From: Diplonema japonicum
Lineage: Eukaryota; Protista; Euglenozoa: Diplonemea
Reading direction: 5' to 3'
Assembly (NCBI GenBank): GCA_964019335.1
Contig: OZ025681.1
Coordinates: forward strand, 1 to 64,000
Length of the DNA: 64,000 bases
Within the stretch, counting starts at the first letter, position 1; each line of letters opens with the position of its first letter. Below, piece by piece: positions 21,081 through 32,140 of the stretch. The translations under genes were made by a program, and so were the position numbers. The notes under the pieces were generated by a model, which was not told where the DNA came from, made no database searches, and saw nothing but the letters and a program-made list of their open reading frames with translations.

Positions 21081-24000
21081 TTATAAAATGGCCTTCACGT
21101 AGGTCATGAGCCCTGTTTGGGTCAGGAAAGTAGAAAAGACCTTGCCTATGGTGGACTTAGCCAACGTCTTGGCAATGGGATCAGCATAGGTAAGAACAAG
21201 AACCTTGACCGGCTCGTTGAAAATGAGGTCCTGGAACAGGGCAACAACGGTGGTCAAAAAGAAGTTCTTTTGCATCTTCTGTTCCCAATGCAGTGCTTCT
21301 GTTAGGTAGACAGTGCACGTACCCAGCTGAATACAAAGTGCTAGAGCATATGCAATGTACACAACCCAATATGGGAGGTGCTGAGGCAGGATGCCCCCCT
21401 TCTGCACTTGGTACGTGCGGAGGATAACCAACCATCCAGCCAACAGGAATACCAATGGAGCAAGCCACAGCTCTGTCCCCTGTACCTTCATCTCACTGTC
21501 GCTTAGAGCACTGTGGTACTGCAGACACGTTGCTAAGTGGGAAGACCACAACCCTATGTACGCGTACGAAGCTACGTAACTCATCCCGTTCAGGTGTATG
21601 AAGTACCAGCAAAGGAACGCAACCACCAACTGTCCTCCGCACGATACAACCGCAACCCACCAGAAAACATCATAGTAAAAGAAGAGAACAATTAGCAGAT
21701 GGACAGACCAGAAGCATGCAAGAACTAACGGCAGCAAACTACGCCTCACAACCATCGTCACGAGTGACACGACGATCATAAACCACAAGTAGCCCACTGC
21801 TATGCCGATAGCGAGGTACCCGTTCACTGCTAAGTAGATGCAGCCGTAGAGGCCAAGGCTGATAATGAGCAGGATCGCAGCTCTTTTAAACTGCAAAAAA
21901 TACGTCGCAATGCAGAGCACCAAGCACACCGCGGTCAGGAGGGGCCACCAATCCCGCCACCCCATCAACAAGCTGCAACCAAAGTGTAGCAGCACCAAAA
22001 ATGCCATGAAACGGAAAGACTTCCCCGACTCCTTCTTTGCCCTCTCGCACAGGGAAGGAGGCTCTTCTAATTCTGCATCCACTTCGAACCCCGGTCTTGG
22101 CTTTGCGTTCCTTCTCGGACTGTAGGTCGCGTTAGGCGACAGTGGTGACAATGGGGTTTCGTTTCCTTCTGCAACTTCTGCGTTCTGCGCCAACCACCAC
22201 TCTTTGTGCTCCTGCGAACGGTACTGCGGTGATGAGAATCTTACGTACTCGCAGATCACCCTTATAAGAACCTCTCCTCCGTCTGCTGCCAGCCATCTGT
22301 CCAAGGCTGCTACTGCTGATGAGTCGTCACGGATAACCTTCTTCGCGATGTTTTGCATAGTGGTGCTGGCAGTGTGTAAAACCCTACCCCTACAATCTAT
22401 GTCTTCACAAATTCTGATATTTAAACTCTCCTCTTCTGACCGTATCCTAAACACTACTGCCTCAGATGCGTCATACGCAGGACGCATGCTGCCTGGTGCC
22501 GTACCCGTTCTGTACACACGGCCCTCGTTCTCTACCTCGGCGAATGTCCTGACATTCTTTGGGAGGCCCCTCGCAGAAACAACACGTACCGTAAGGTCGC
22601 CAAAAACAGGGTTGTCAGCAAAATAATCCTCACCAACAAGATTCCACTTCACAGGCACTTCATATGCAGCCCTCTTGAACAGAAGGCCAAGCAGCACCGT
22701 CGTAGGTGTCATCATACAGGCAGCCAGTACAGCAACTAAAAGCGTCTTCGTCACGGTACGGTTGGCGTCGCCAGTCCCGTTGAAGACGGCACAGATGAAG
22801 ATCACTGTGTTGACTGCCGAAAAGAGCACCATGATTCGCTGTGGCCTTGTGAAGGCTTGCCCTGGCTTCCTAAACAACACGCTGAACCAAAGATGAGCAC
22901 TCATTGCTGCAAGCACATTCGAAAAAATAGTTCTCAGCTTTTTCCAACGGACAGGCTTGTCGGTCGTACTTAAGTCTCTCGGTCTTTGCTCTACAGGAGC
23001 AGCATCCTTCTCAAGCCCAACAGAAACCGGTGACGCTGGCGCAAGGAGGCCAAGGTCACTGTGTGGCGTCGTAAAATCAGACGTTGCTTCCCTTTCGGGC
23101 AGGGCGCTGTTATTGATGTCGGTTAAGCTGACACTGTCCCCCGCTACTTGCACAACGGGTAGTCTCCTTACGTACCGGCTAAAGATCGGACTTTGGCATT
23201 CTTCAAATGCTACCGAAGCATCCCATGGGATCCTGTGCTTGAAGACATCTAGGGCTCGTGTGTCAATATTTCTTGTGAGCACGCCCCGCAACGACTGCCT
23301 GAACATCACGCGGTACATAGAACATAAGTCCTCCCACTCTGCAGGAGTGACAATTGATGACAGCACAGCAAGTATCTCATCGACAGCAATTGGCAGGGTG
23401 TTGTTCAAGTAGAACATTCGCTCTGCCCTGTCTGCAGCAGAACAACTGCGCTCAGGAGGACACAGGGGGTGCGGAATACCTTGTGATGGCGCTGTAGTGT
23501 GCAGCTTGGCGTCTTGCTGCTTGTCGTACCACCAAGCCGAAAAAATCAAAGAATAGAACAGTAAGTACAGAAACCCTACAGCGGTGAGCGTCGCGATGTT
23601 GCTGGAGTCAATGTTCCTCCAGCTGTTGAAGTTGGAATTACCGAGGAGCCTTCGTATGTTAGTAGAAGGCATCACCTCAGAGGAAATAAAGACGCCAACT
23701 GTACCTAACCTCGAATCAGTCTTCACGGTGACAGATTCATTGCTTTCAAGGAGTCTTCCTACACGTAAGCACGCACCGCTACCGTCAGACCGCAGTGCTT
23801 CTTCCAAGACGCTTGCCGGCCAACTCAAGTCTACAGCAGCACCCCATGTCTTGCTTTCATCGTTCCACTCTCTGAGCACGATGTTGCACAAAGCGGGAGA
23901 TGTGTATTTCTTATCAATAGAAAAGCTAATCTGCACCTGCTGCTCCTTGCTGCTCTCAGACAGGGTTTCGATTATGTTCCCCAACGGAGCCTCGTCAACG

Positions 24001-27000
24001 GGCATGTTGTACAAGTGCCAGTCTCTCTCAATTATGGACACACGACCTTCATCAGAAGGGAATACCGCAGATATCTCATTGACGTTCAGCTTCCCTTCTG
24101 ATGCAGGTGCGATAGCCAAGTCGAAAGTGGTCCCTGTGTAAGACAACTTTCTGATAACTGGCAACAGGCTAGCCACGACGTTGCTTGCAAGACCAACAAC
24201 TGCGTTCAGTGTTGGAGCACGTGATTCCTTTATAGCAACATCTCCTAGCCCGCTGCATGTGTCTAACAATGCCGTAATGCTGCTACCACCATCTAACAGG
24301 GCGGCATTGCTCATGTTTTCCACAACCCTCACAGCAAGAAGAACTTCTTCGTCTCCTGCTTTATTTACCTCCGTAAGAATGTGCCTCAATACCCCTTCCG
24401 CATCTTTAGGTGACACAACAGCCACGCGACAAGTATGACGTGTTTCAACCACCCATCTATTTTTCGGTGTAAGAATGCCTGTCTGCAGAACGCGACTTTC
24501 ACCACTAGGAAGAGGGCCCATGCTGAAGTTAGGATGCTGGCTTTTCTTCACCATTTCGCCGTCAATTGCAAACCCGTACACAAAACCGTTGGTAAGGCCC
24601 CAGTCACTGTGCGATATTTCAAGGAAGTCCCCTTCCATCAAGGAATCGAGCTGAGGAAAGATGTCTGAACCAAATTGGCCTATGTATGCAGTAAACCAGG
24701 GGCATCTGATGGCGTGCCCATCAAAATCTGTGAGCTGAAACAGCATCTTTGTTGCACTTGTCACCAACACCACAACTGAAGCATGCTCGCAACTGACCTC
24801 AACGTTCTCCGATACACCAATTCCTTTTAAACCATCTAGCCTCAGACGTCCAACTTCTTGCAAAATCTCTACTGCCTTCGTCACAGGAATATTGCTTGAA
24901 AGGAACTCAGGTATCAGTGTGACATCAATAGTACTGCTCTCTCCAAGGGTACAGGCAACCGCTTGTATCGAGATATCAAAATACGACGACAGCAGCTCCC
25001 TTACACGGCTCATGGTCATGCCTGCTGCGGTCACGCTAGCGCGCATCGGAACCCCAACACCAGTGGCTGTCACCAACGCTACGTCTTCACTACCATGAGT
25101 AAAGAATAGGGAATGGGAATCTCCATCCACAATAGCATTGGCACTATGGAGTGACGTAACCTCATGAATAGCGCTGCTCGCTATTACAGCTTCAGGCACC
25201 TCCGTTGCTAATAACTGCGTTTTCGGAACCGTTGTCAATATATCTGGTGTAGGGGTCTCTGGAAAGCTTGTAACAGGCGTAACAGTGCTTGGAGCCGCTG
25301 TTGCTGGCGCTTTGGTCTTTGGTGCGTCCGTGTTCGGTACGTTCGGTGGTGTGTCGGTGTCAGGAAACGGTGGTTGTGCATCGGTGTCAGGAGATTTTGT
25401 TTGTGGCACATCAGTACCAGGAAACGGTGTTGGTGGCGCATTAGTATCAGGAGGTGCATCGGTGTCAGGAAATGGTGTTGGTGGCATATAAGTATCAGGA
25501 GCTGGTGGTGCATCGGTGTCGGGAAATGGTGTTGGTGGAACATCAGTATCAGGAAATGCAGGTGCACCTGTGCCAGGAAATGGTGTTGATGGCGCTTCAG
25601 TATCAGGAAATGGAGGCGCATCTGTGCCGGGAAATGGTGTTGATGGTGCATTAGTATCAGGAAGCGGTGTTAGTAGTGCATCTGTGTCGGGAAATGATGT
25701 TGAGGGAGCTTCAGTATCAGGAAATGGTGTTGGTGGTGCATCGGTGTCGGGATATGGTGTTGGTACATCAGTATCAGGAAACGGTGTTGGTGTATCGGTA
25801 TCAAGAAACGGTGTTGGTGGTGCATCAGTATCGGGAAACGGTGTTGGTGGTACATCGGTATCAGGAAACGGTGTTGGTGGTACATCAGTATCAGGAAATG
25901 GTGTTGGTGGTGCATCAGTATCGGGAAATGGTGTTGGTGGTACATCAGTATCAGGAAATGGTGTTGGTGGTGCATCAGTATCGGGAAACGGTGTTGGTGG
26001 TACATCGGTATCAGGAAACGGTGTTGGTGGTACATCAGTATCAGGAAATGGTGTTGGTGGTGCATCAGTATCGGGAAATGGTGTTGGTGGTACATCAGTA
26101 TCAGGAAATGGTGTTGGTGGTGCATCAGTATCGGGAAACGGTGTTGGTGGTACATCGGTATCAGGAAACGGTGTTGGTGGTACATCAGTATCAGGAAATG
26201 GTGTTGGTGGTGCATCAGTATCGGGAAATGGTGTTGGTGGCGCATCAGTATCAGGAAACGGTGTTGGTGGTGCATCAGTATCGGGAAATGGTGTTGGTGG
26301 TGCATCAGTATCAGGAAATGGTGTTGGTGGTGCATCTGTGTTGGGAAATGGTGTTAGTGGTGCATTAGTGTCAGGGAACGGCGTTGATGGTGCAGTAGTT
26401 GGTGGTGTTGGGGTTGCAGGTACATTCGTGTAGGGTGCTCCAGTATTTGGTGCGTAACTGTATGGAGCAGATCTGTATTTTGTACGACATAAAAGGCAAA
26501 AACATACGTGAAAAACGGCACTACAGCTTGTTTCAGTTTCGAAGAGCATGCGGAAAGCGGATTGCAGACAGCAGCTGTGAGGACCCCGTAGGAAGAAACA
26601 GTGGTGCAAGTATTTGAGCTACCTGTGCAGCTGATGCTACAGTATGAGTCGGCCGCGGGCGAGGAGGGGCACATAAGACCGAAGCCATCTGATTGGTGGT
26701 CAATGACCTCTACGAAGCAGCGTGAGGTGCTCGTCATGCATTTCATTGTTGTTCCCTTGCAACTATCGGGTGCGCTGCATTTAAGTGAGGTTAATCCGTT
26801 GGCAGCTGCGATGAAATGCATCGATTCACATGCATGGTCACCAGAGCAGGAAGCGGAGCAATCGCCACCGGGGCACTGCACCTTTGCATCCTTGCAAGAC
26901 TCGTCATCCGCGCAAGAGAGTGCAAGCGCGCCATTGCTGTTAGCTGAACTTTTTATAGTGATCGACTCGCAAGCATGAGACCCAGTGCAGGAAATGTCGC

Positions 27001-27295
27001 ACCGTGCACCGTCAGGGCAGTACAGCGTCATGTCCTTGCATGCCTTTTCCCCCTCGCAGACAAGGTTACAATCAGCTGAATCAGGGCACCAAATATCCAT
27101 GTTCTCGCACGAGCTTTCTTTGCTGCACATGAATGAGCACTCATAGCTGGAGTGACAGTGAACAGCACAGTCCTTACATTCGTCCTTTAAGGCACACATC
27201 AAGCTCTCGGACCACTCTGGGAAGTACACAGTTCCATGACAGTTATACAGCGTACCGCGGGTCAGAAACAGGACTGCTAGAAGCCCTGACACCAT
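21081..27295 (-). CDS. Polycystin-1-like membrane protein: Cys-rich repeats, Pro/Thr decamer stalk, TM region with C2 insert; 35-nt intron 26473-26507
   Basis: The intron joins the 323-aa and 1842-aa ORFs (PFFT|SAPY). HLWFSVLFRKPGQAFTRPQR and QDLIFNEPVKV are PKD1-family-like. LTVRVVSARGLP marks a C2 domain. Confidence 0.78.
25350..26400. repeat. 30-nt coding minisatellite (PFPDTD[A/V]PPT)n
   Basis: GGAAA(T/C)GGTGTTGGTGGT(G/A)CATC(A/G)GTATC units, degenerating at both ends. Confidence 0.95.
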
Positions 27296-27640
27296 GTTAC
27301 CTATTATGTTGTGAGTGATCATCAACAGAGCGAACCCGTGAAGGGCCTCAGCAGTGATTTGATAGTGACATTCCGAGTCGCTATGGATGGCATAGAGCCA
27401 GCAGCAGTTGAAACGTATGGCAGGTTCTTCTACACTGTCTTAGGGCTCATGAGGTTGTTTTACGCTGTTGACTGCATGGCTAAGGGCCAAGCGGAAAACA
27501 TGATGAAGACGGGTGCTGACATTCAGCCAAGAAGTATGCAGGTATTTGTTAGCAGACAAACTCGTATTCAAAAAACCTTGAAGTATTTTGTAAGATGGAC
27601 CGAGGATGGAAATCTTCGGACCGCGAGAGCAAGTATTAAC

Positions 27641-30273
27641 TCACAGCGTTGACTGAAAGGCATGAATCCCAAGGCACGGCAGGCTAATTCCACAAGGAAG
27701 GTCAGATTTGGAGGTAAGATTGAGGGCTGCAATTGTGCATATCTCTCGAAGGATTCCAGTGTCCTCAGGGAAGAACAACCCATGTGATACACCCGACTCA
27801 GACTGCGCCAGCGCTTCGTGCGCCTGAACTCTTTTATTTATGACCCGTACAACACCCACCACGCTGTCATCGAGCACCATCTGCACCACCATTGCAGACA
27901 CCGCGCCAACACCATCCACCTCGATGTTATAATTGGCCTCTTCAGTGTACTTTACCAACGGGCCAGTTGTATATCGCTCTCCCAATGGACTAAAGGCAAC
28001 CTGACCTAAAATACTGTTAGCATCACCTGCAGCGCAAATACACTCATCATCAGATAATCCGCTCAGTCTTCGGAGCTTTACCTCGCTCGTCTCGAAATCG
28101 CTGGTCAGCATGAAGAGTTGCGCCTGTTCGCAGTCCAGCAGCATTGGGATCTCGCTTTCTATGAGATGAATCAAAGAAGTGGAGCTCTCTGCACTCGACG
28201 ACATGATTGTCACACGAATAAGAAGCCGCAATGTCTGGTGGCGCCGTTTGCAAGCCTCAAATAAAGTCGCGTTCTGCAAGGTGACCGCTATGAAAGTAGC
28301 GAAGGCTTGTATGCATGTGGCGTCTTCGCCGCTGAAGAACTGGTTGCTACTTGCGCTTCTCAAGACTCCAGGGGGGTTCTTGTTTATTACGAGGATCATG
28401 CCCAGCACCTTCAAATCGTCGACAATAGGCACCCCAAGCATGGTTTGCACCTCGCTATTTATAAGCCCCTCTGTGATCTTGTCAAAGTAAGGAGAAGAGC
28501 TCGCATTGCCTATGTTCAGCATCTTCGCTGTATGTGCCACATGGCCCACTATACCGACGCCCATAGGGATATTGACTGTGTCAATGCTACCTGTACTAGA
28601 TGTCACTACAGAATAAAGTGAGTCACGGTGCTGGTTAACCAGAAACAGGGACACCGCTTCGCAATCGATGATGGCCTTCGCACCACTGGTAACTGATTCA
28701 AAGATGCGCTCGTGCTCTGCGCTGACGTTGATGTTTAAGTTGCGCAGGACACTCATCAGCACAGTCTGCCTAGCTTCGCTCTTGTGGAGCTTGTCGAACA
28801 GCATGGCATTTGACAGGTTGATACCTACATGTTTACCAAGCAAGGATAAGAGTAGTTCGTCCTGTTGAGTGAAGCTCCCTACGTTCTTATTTATTGCTTG
28901 GATCACAGCAAGCACTTCTCCATCTTTCTTTACAGGAAATGTAAGGAGATTCCTCGTTACGTACCCCGTATCTGAGTCCAGCGATCTGTTGAACTTCGCG
29001 TCTGAATACGCATCAGTGATGTTGACCAGATTGCCTGTCACCGCGCAATGGCCAGCCACGCCTGACGTTAAGGGGAGCTGTATCCGCTGACCGTTCACCG
29101 TTAGGTACGACCACAGCAAACCAGCATTATTGTCTACCATAAAGATAGTTGCCCTGTCACACTGCAGGAGGTCGACTACTGTGTCGATGATTACGTTTGC
29201 AGCCTTTTCAAGGCCAACCTCCGTCAGCCGAGTCACAGACAGCAAAACCTGCATGAGGTCTTTTCTGTAGCATTCATCAGACTGGATTTGTGCAAGCTCA
29301 GTCAGGTCAGAGTAGCTTTGGCGAAGATTCTCAACTACTTCGGCACCTGCATCTTGCAACAAATATGTATTCAACTTCCCCTTGCCCTTGATGAAGACGT
29401 CCCACTGCACTTCGAATAGGTGCCCGTATCGGGAAAGTATATCTTTTGCATGAAGCGTCACATTGATGCGGCCACTCTTTCCACATGACTCCATCCTGCT
29501 GGCCATGTTTACAGTATGTCCCCAAAAGTCATAGACAAGCCGTGTCCGCCCAATGACGCCGCTCATAGCAGGTCCTGTTGCGATCCCAACCCTTATCTGC
29601 ACGGCCTGTGTAGTGTACTTTGTGTTTATAAGGAATACCGAGTTAAAAAGGCCTAACGTGTGGCTTTTCAACTGCTTCATGAGCTCTTTCGCCCACTGTG
29701 GTGGTTAAATAGCTTTCAAGCGTATACCTCGACCATGCGGTGTGTGTGGTGCTCCTCTCCGTTGATGCCTGAGACGCACATGTATGCGTCGCCCATTGTC
29801 TTCACTTTGAAGATGTTGCGTTTAACAATCAAGTCATCAAAAATCACGAATATCCTGGCGAGGTTGCAGTGCAGGTCGTTTGCGTTTGCGTTCATCGTGT
29901 GCTTTGTGTAGCCGACAATGTCGCAGAAGCACGCGGTGATGGACCGATGCTGCTCCGCGATGGTCTCATTGTTGTGAATACGAGGTATGATGTGTGCCGG
30001 AAGTATGCGTCTAAGGAGCACACTGTCTTTGCTGTCGCACGCTTCTCTAAACAGCCTAGAGACAGCACACATAGAAAATAGACAAAAAACAACTAGAGAA
30101 CCCGACGCAATTAAGCTCCATCTCACAACCCTTGCGAACAAATCCGATACCTCGCCGGCATCACACATAGAAACCCTGTCCACAAGCAACCACCCTACCA
30201 CAAACACTAACAGACAACAATTCGCTGCAGCCAGCCCCACTGCTGCAACTGCACAGACATACCATTCGTTCAT
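27641..30273 (-). CDS. Class III adenylyl cyclase with 2 N-terminal TM helices and 2-3 C-terminal GAF domains; introns 29696-29727 (32 nt) and probably 29606-29638 (33 nt)
   Basis: CFCDIVGYT, FKVKTMGDAY and YDFWGHTVNMASRMES. GAF motifs CDRATIF and QAINKNVGSFTQQDE. Confidence 0.9.
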
Positions 30274-30431
30274 ATCATTGAATAAATCTCTGTGTGGAAT
30301 ACTTAGCTGCGCAAGAAAAGAAATAAGTTGAACAAGCCATCAGTTAATGGAAGTCTATGAGGAAAGAGATGCAAAATAAATGGTTGATTGTTGTGCACCT
30401 AATGTACAGCATCCCTTGGAAAAGGGCGGGA

Positions 30432-32036
30432 CTAAATAAAAATATGTGAGCTGTCGTCGTCATCTGCAGGAAGGGGACGCATTCTTGATGGGGGTGATCG
30501 CGAAAGGCGCCGCGGTGGGGGAGTACTGCCAGTGGCCTGCCTTAGGAACACCGGCGGGTCTATACTTGGCCGCCGCCTAGCACCAGGGGAAGGGAAAAAT
30601 GTCTTGGCAGGAGACCTTGGAGGGCTTGATATAATGGGACCCGGAAGGAGCTTCATAGGAGGAGTGTATACGAGGGGAGGGGGTGAGACGCTCGTAACGG
30701 GGTAAGGAGGTTCAGAAGCCTCTGACGAAGCAACGGGCCCCATCTCAATGTCCAAGGTCCCTTTGGATGGGACGGGGGGCACAAAATCAGGAGGGCTAAG
30801 CCCTAGAGCCGGGTGAGCGATGGTGGCTTCGCCGCTGTGGAAAGATCTACCTTTCTGCTTCTTCATAATAAAGAAGACTACAGCGACACACAACATTGCT
30901 AACACCAAACAAGGTAGCAGCACAGCCCACCATGGTACACCGCTGTCGTCGTCATCACTATTTAGCGCTCTCTCCTCTTTCGCTGCCCCGAGTGCTCTCA
31001 GAAGCAATACCTCGTCCTCAGGCTGCATAGGTACCTTGAGTGCCTTCTCCATAGCAGCAATCTTGTCATCCAAGCTACTGCTGGGCGTGATAGTATTTAG
31101 GGCCGCTTTTGCCTCAGCTGGAAAAGTTGGTTTCGCGGTGAGCGTCTGAATAGTCTCCGTGATAATCTCACTTGTTGTCTTCTGCTTAGGTGCTTCATGT
31201 GGCACTATCGCTGGGGCAACACGTGGTACTGCGATCACAAGCGTAACTGTAGCAGTAACTGGATCTTCGACTGGTGCTGTCACGGGTGTCGTCTCGGGTG
31301 TTATCGCTGGCGTTGTGTCGGGGGGGAGTGCTGGAGTCGCATCGGGCATAACCGCAGGCGTTATTGCAGGAGACGCTAACGGGCTGAGCTCTGGTGTTAA
31401 TGCGGGAGTGGTATCAGGGGGCAGTGCTGGCGTGGTAGAAGGAGTCACTTCAGGGGTGAGCACAGGCGCAGACAATGGGCTGGCATCAGGTGTCAGTATC
31501 GGAGTCGCATCGGGCGTCGATGGAGCTGCTTGAGGACTCACACCGGGGGGCAACGCAGGTGTAGCAGGGCTCGCTTCAGGTGCTATTCGAGGAGATAGAG
31601 CAGGAGATAAAGCTGGCGACGCATCAGGTGTCGTAGGTGAGGTGCTTGGCGGCAGTGCTGGTGTTGCATCTGGGACGAAAACAGGTACCAATGGTACTGC
31701 ATCTGGAGGAGACGCAGGTGTTGCGGAAGGTGTTAAAGCCGGAGATGCAACAGGGGTCAGCGCAGGTGCGAGAACCGGGGAGGCATCAGGGGCACCATCG
31801 GGACCTGCATTGGGAGATGCTTCCGGAGTTACCGATGGGGCCTCAGCTGCTGGTGCATCCGCCGGCACCACATCAGGAACCACATTGGGAACAGAGTATG
31901 GTGCGGATGGTGTTGCCTCGGGGGTCAAGTTTGCCGCAGGGCTGTATTGTGGCGCTGCAGGCACCGGATCTTCCGGCACGGTGGCCGGAGGCACGCCAGC
32001 GCATAACAGAATAAGGGGGACAATGAGAGAGGCCAT
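30432..32036 (-). CDS. Mucin-like Pro/Ala/Thr-rich type I membrane protein
   Basis: Signal peptide from MASLIVPLILLCAG, TPALPPD-like repeats, TM WWAVLLPCLVLAMLCVAVVFFIM and a Pro-rich tail. Confidence 0.85.
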   Translation of the reverse strand: MASLIVPLILLCAGVPPATVPEDPVPAAPQYSPAANLTPEATPSAPYSVPNVVPDVVPADAPAAEAPSVTPEASPNAGPDGAPDASPVLAPALTPVASPALTPSATPASPPDAVPLVPVFVPDATPALPPSTSPTTPDASPALSPALSPRIAPEASPATPALPPGVSPQAAPSTPDATPILTPDASPLSAPVLTPEVTPSTTPALPPDTTPALTPELSPLASPAITPAVMPDATPALPPDTTPAITPETTPVTAPVEDPVTATVTLVIAVPRVAPAIVPHEAPKQKTTSEIITETIQTLTAKPTFPAEAKAALNTITPSSSLDDKIAAMEKALKVPMQPEDEVLLLRALGAAKEERALNSDDDDSGVPWWAVLLPCLVLAMLCVAVVFFIMKKQKGRSFHSGEATIAHPALGLSPPDFVPPVPSKGTLDIEMGPVASSEASEPPYPVTSVSPPPLVYTPPMKLLPGPIISSPPRSPAKTFFPSPGARRRPSIDPPVFLRQATGSTPPPRRLSRSPPSRMRPLPADDDDSSHIFI

Positions 32037-32140
32037 TTTATGTACAACAAACTGAGGTTGATATAAAGTGTACATGGGCTTAGTGCCATTGTGAACAAAG
32101 AAATGTTAAGAAGCACCATGGAAATGGTGACATTCGTTTT

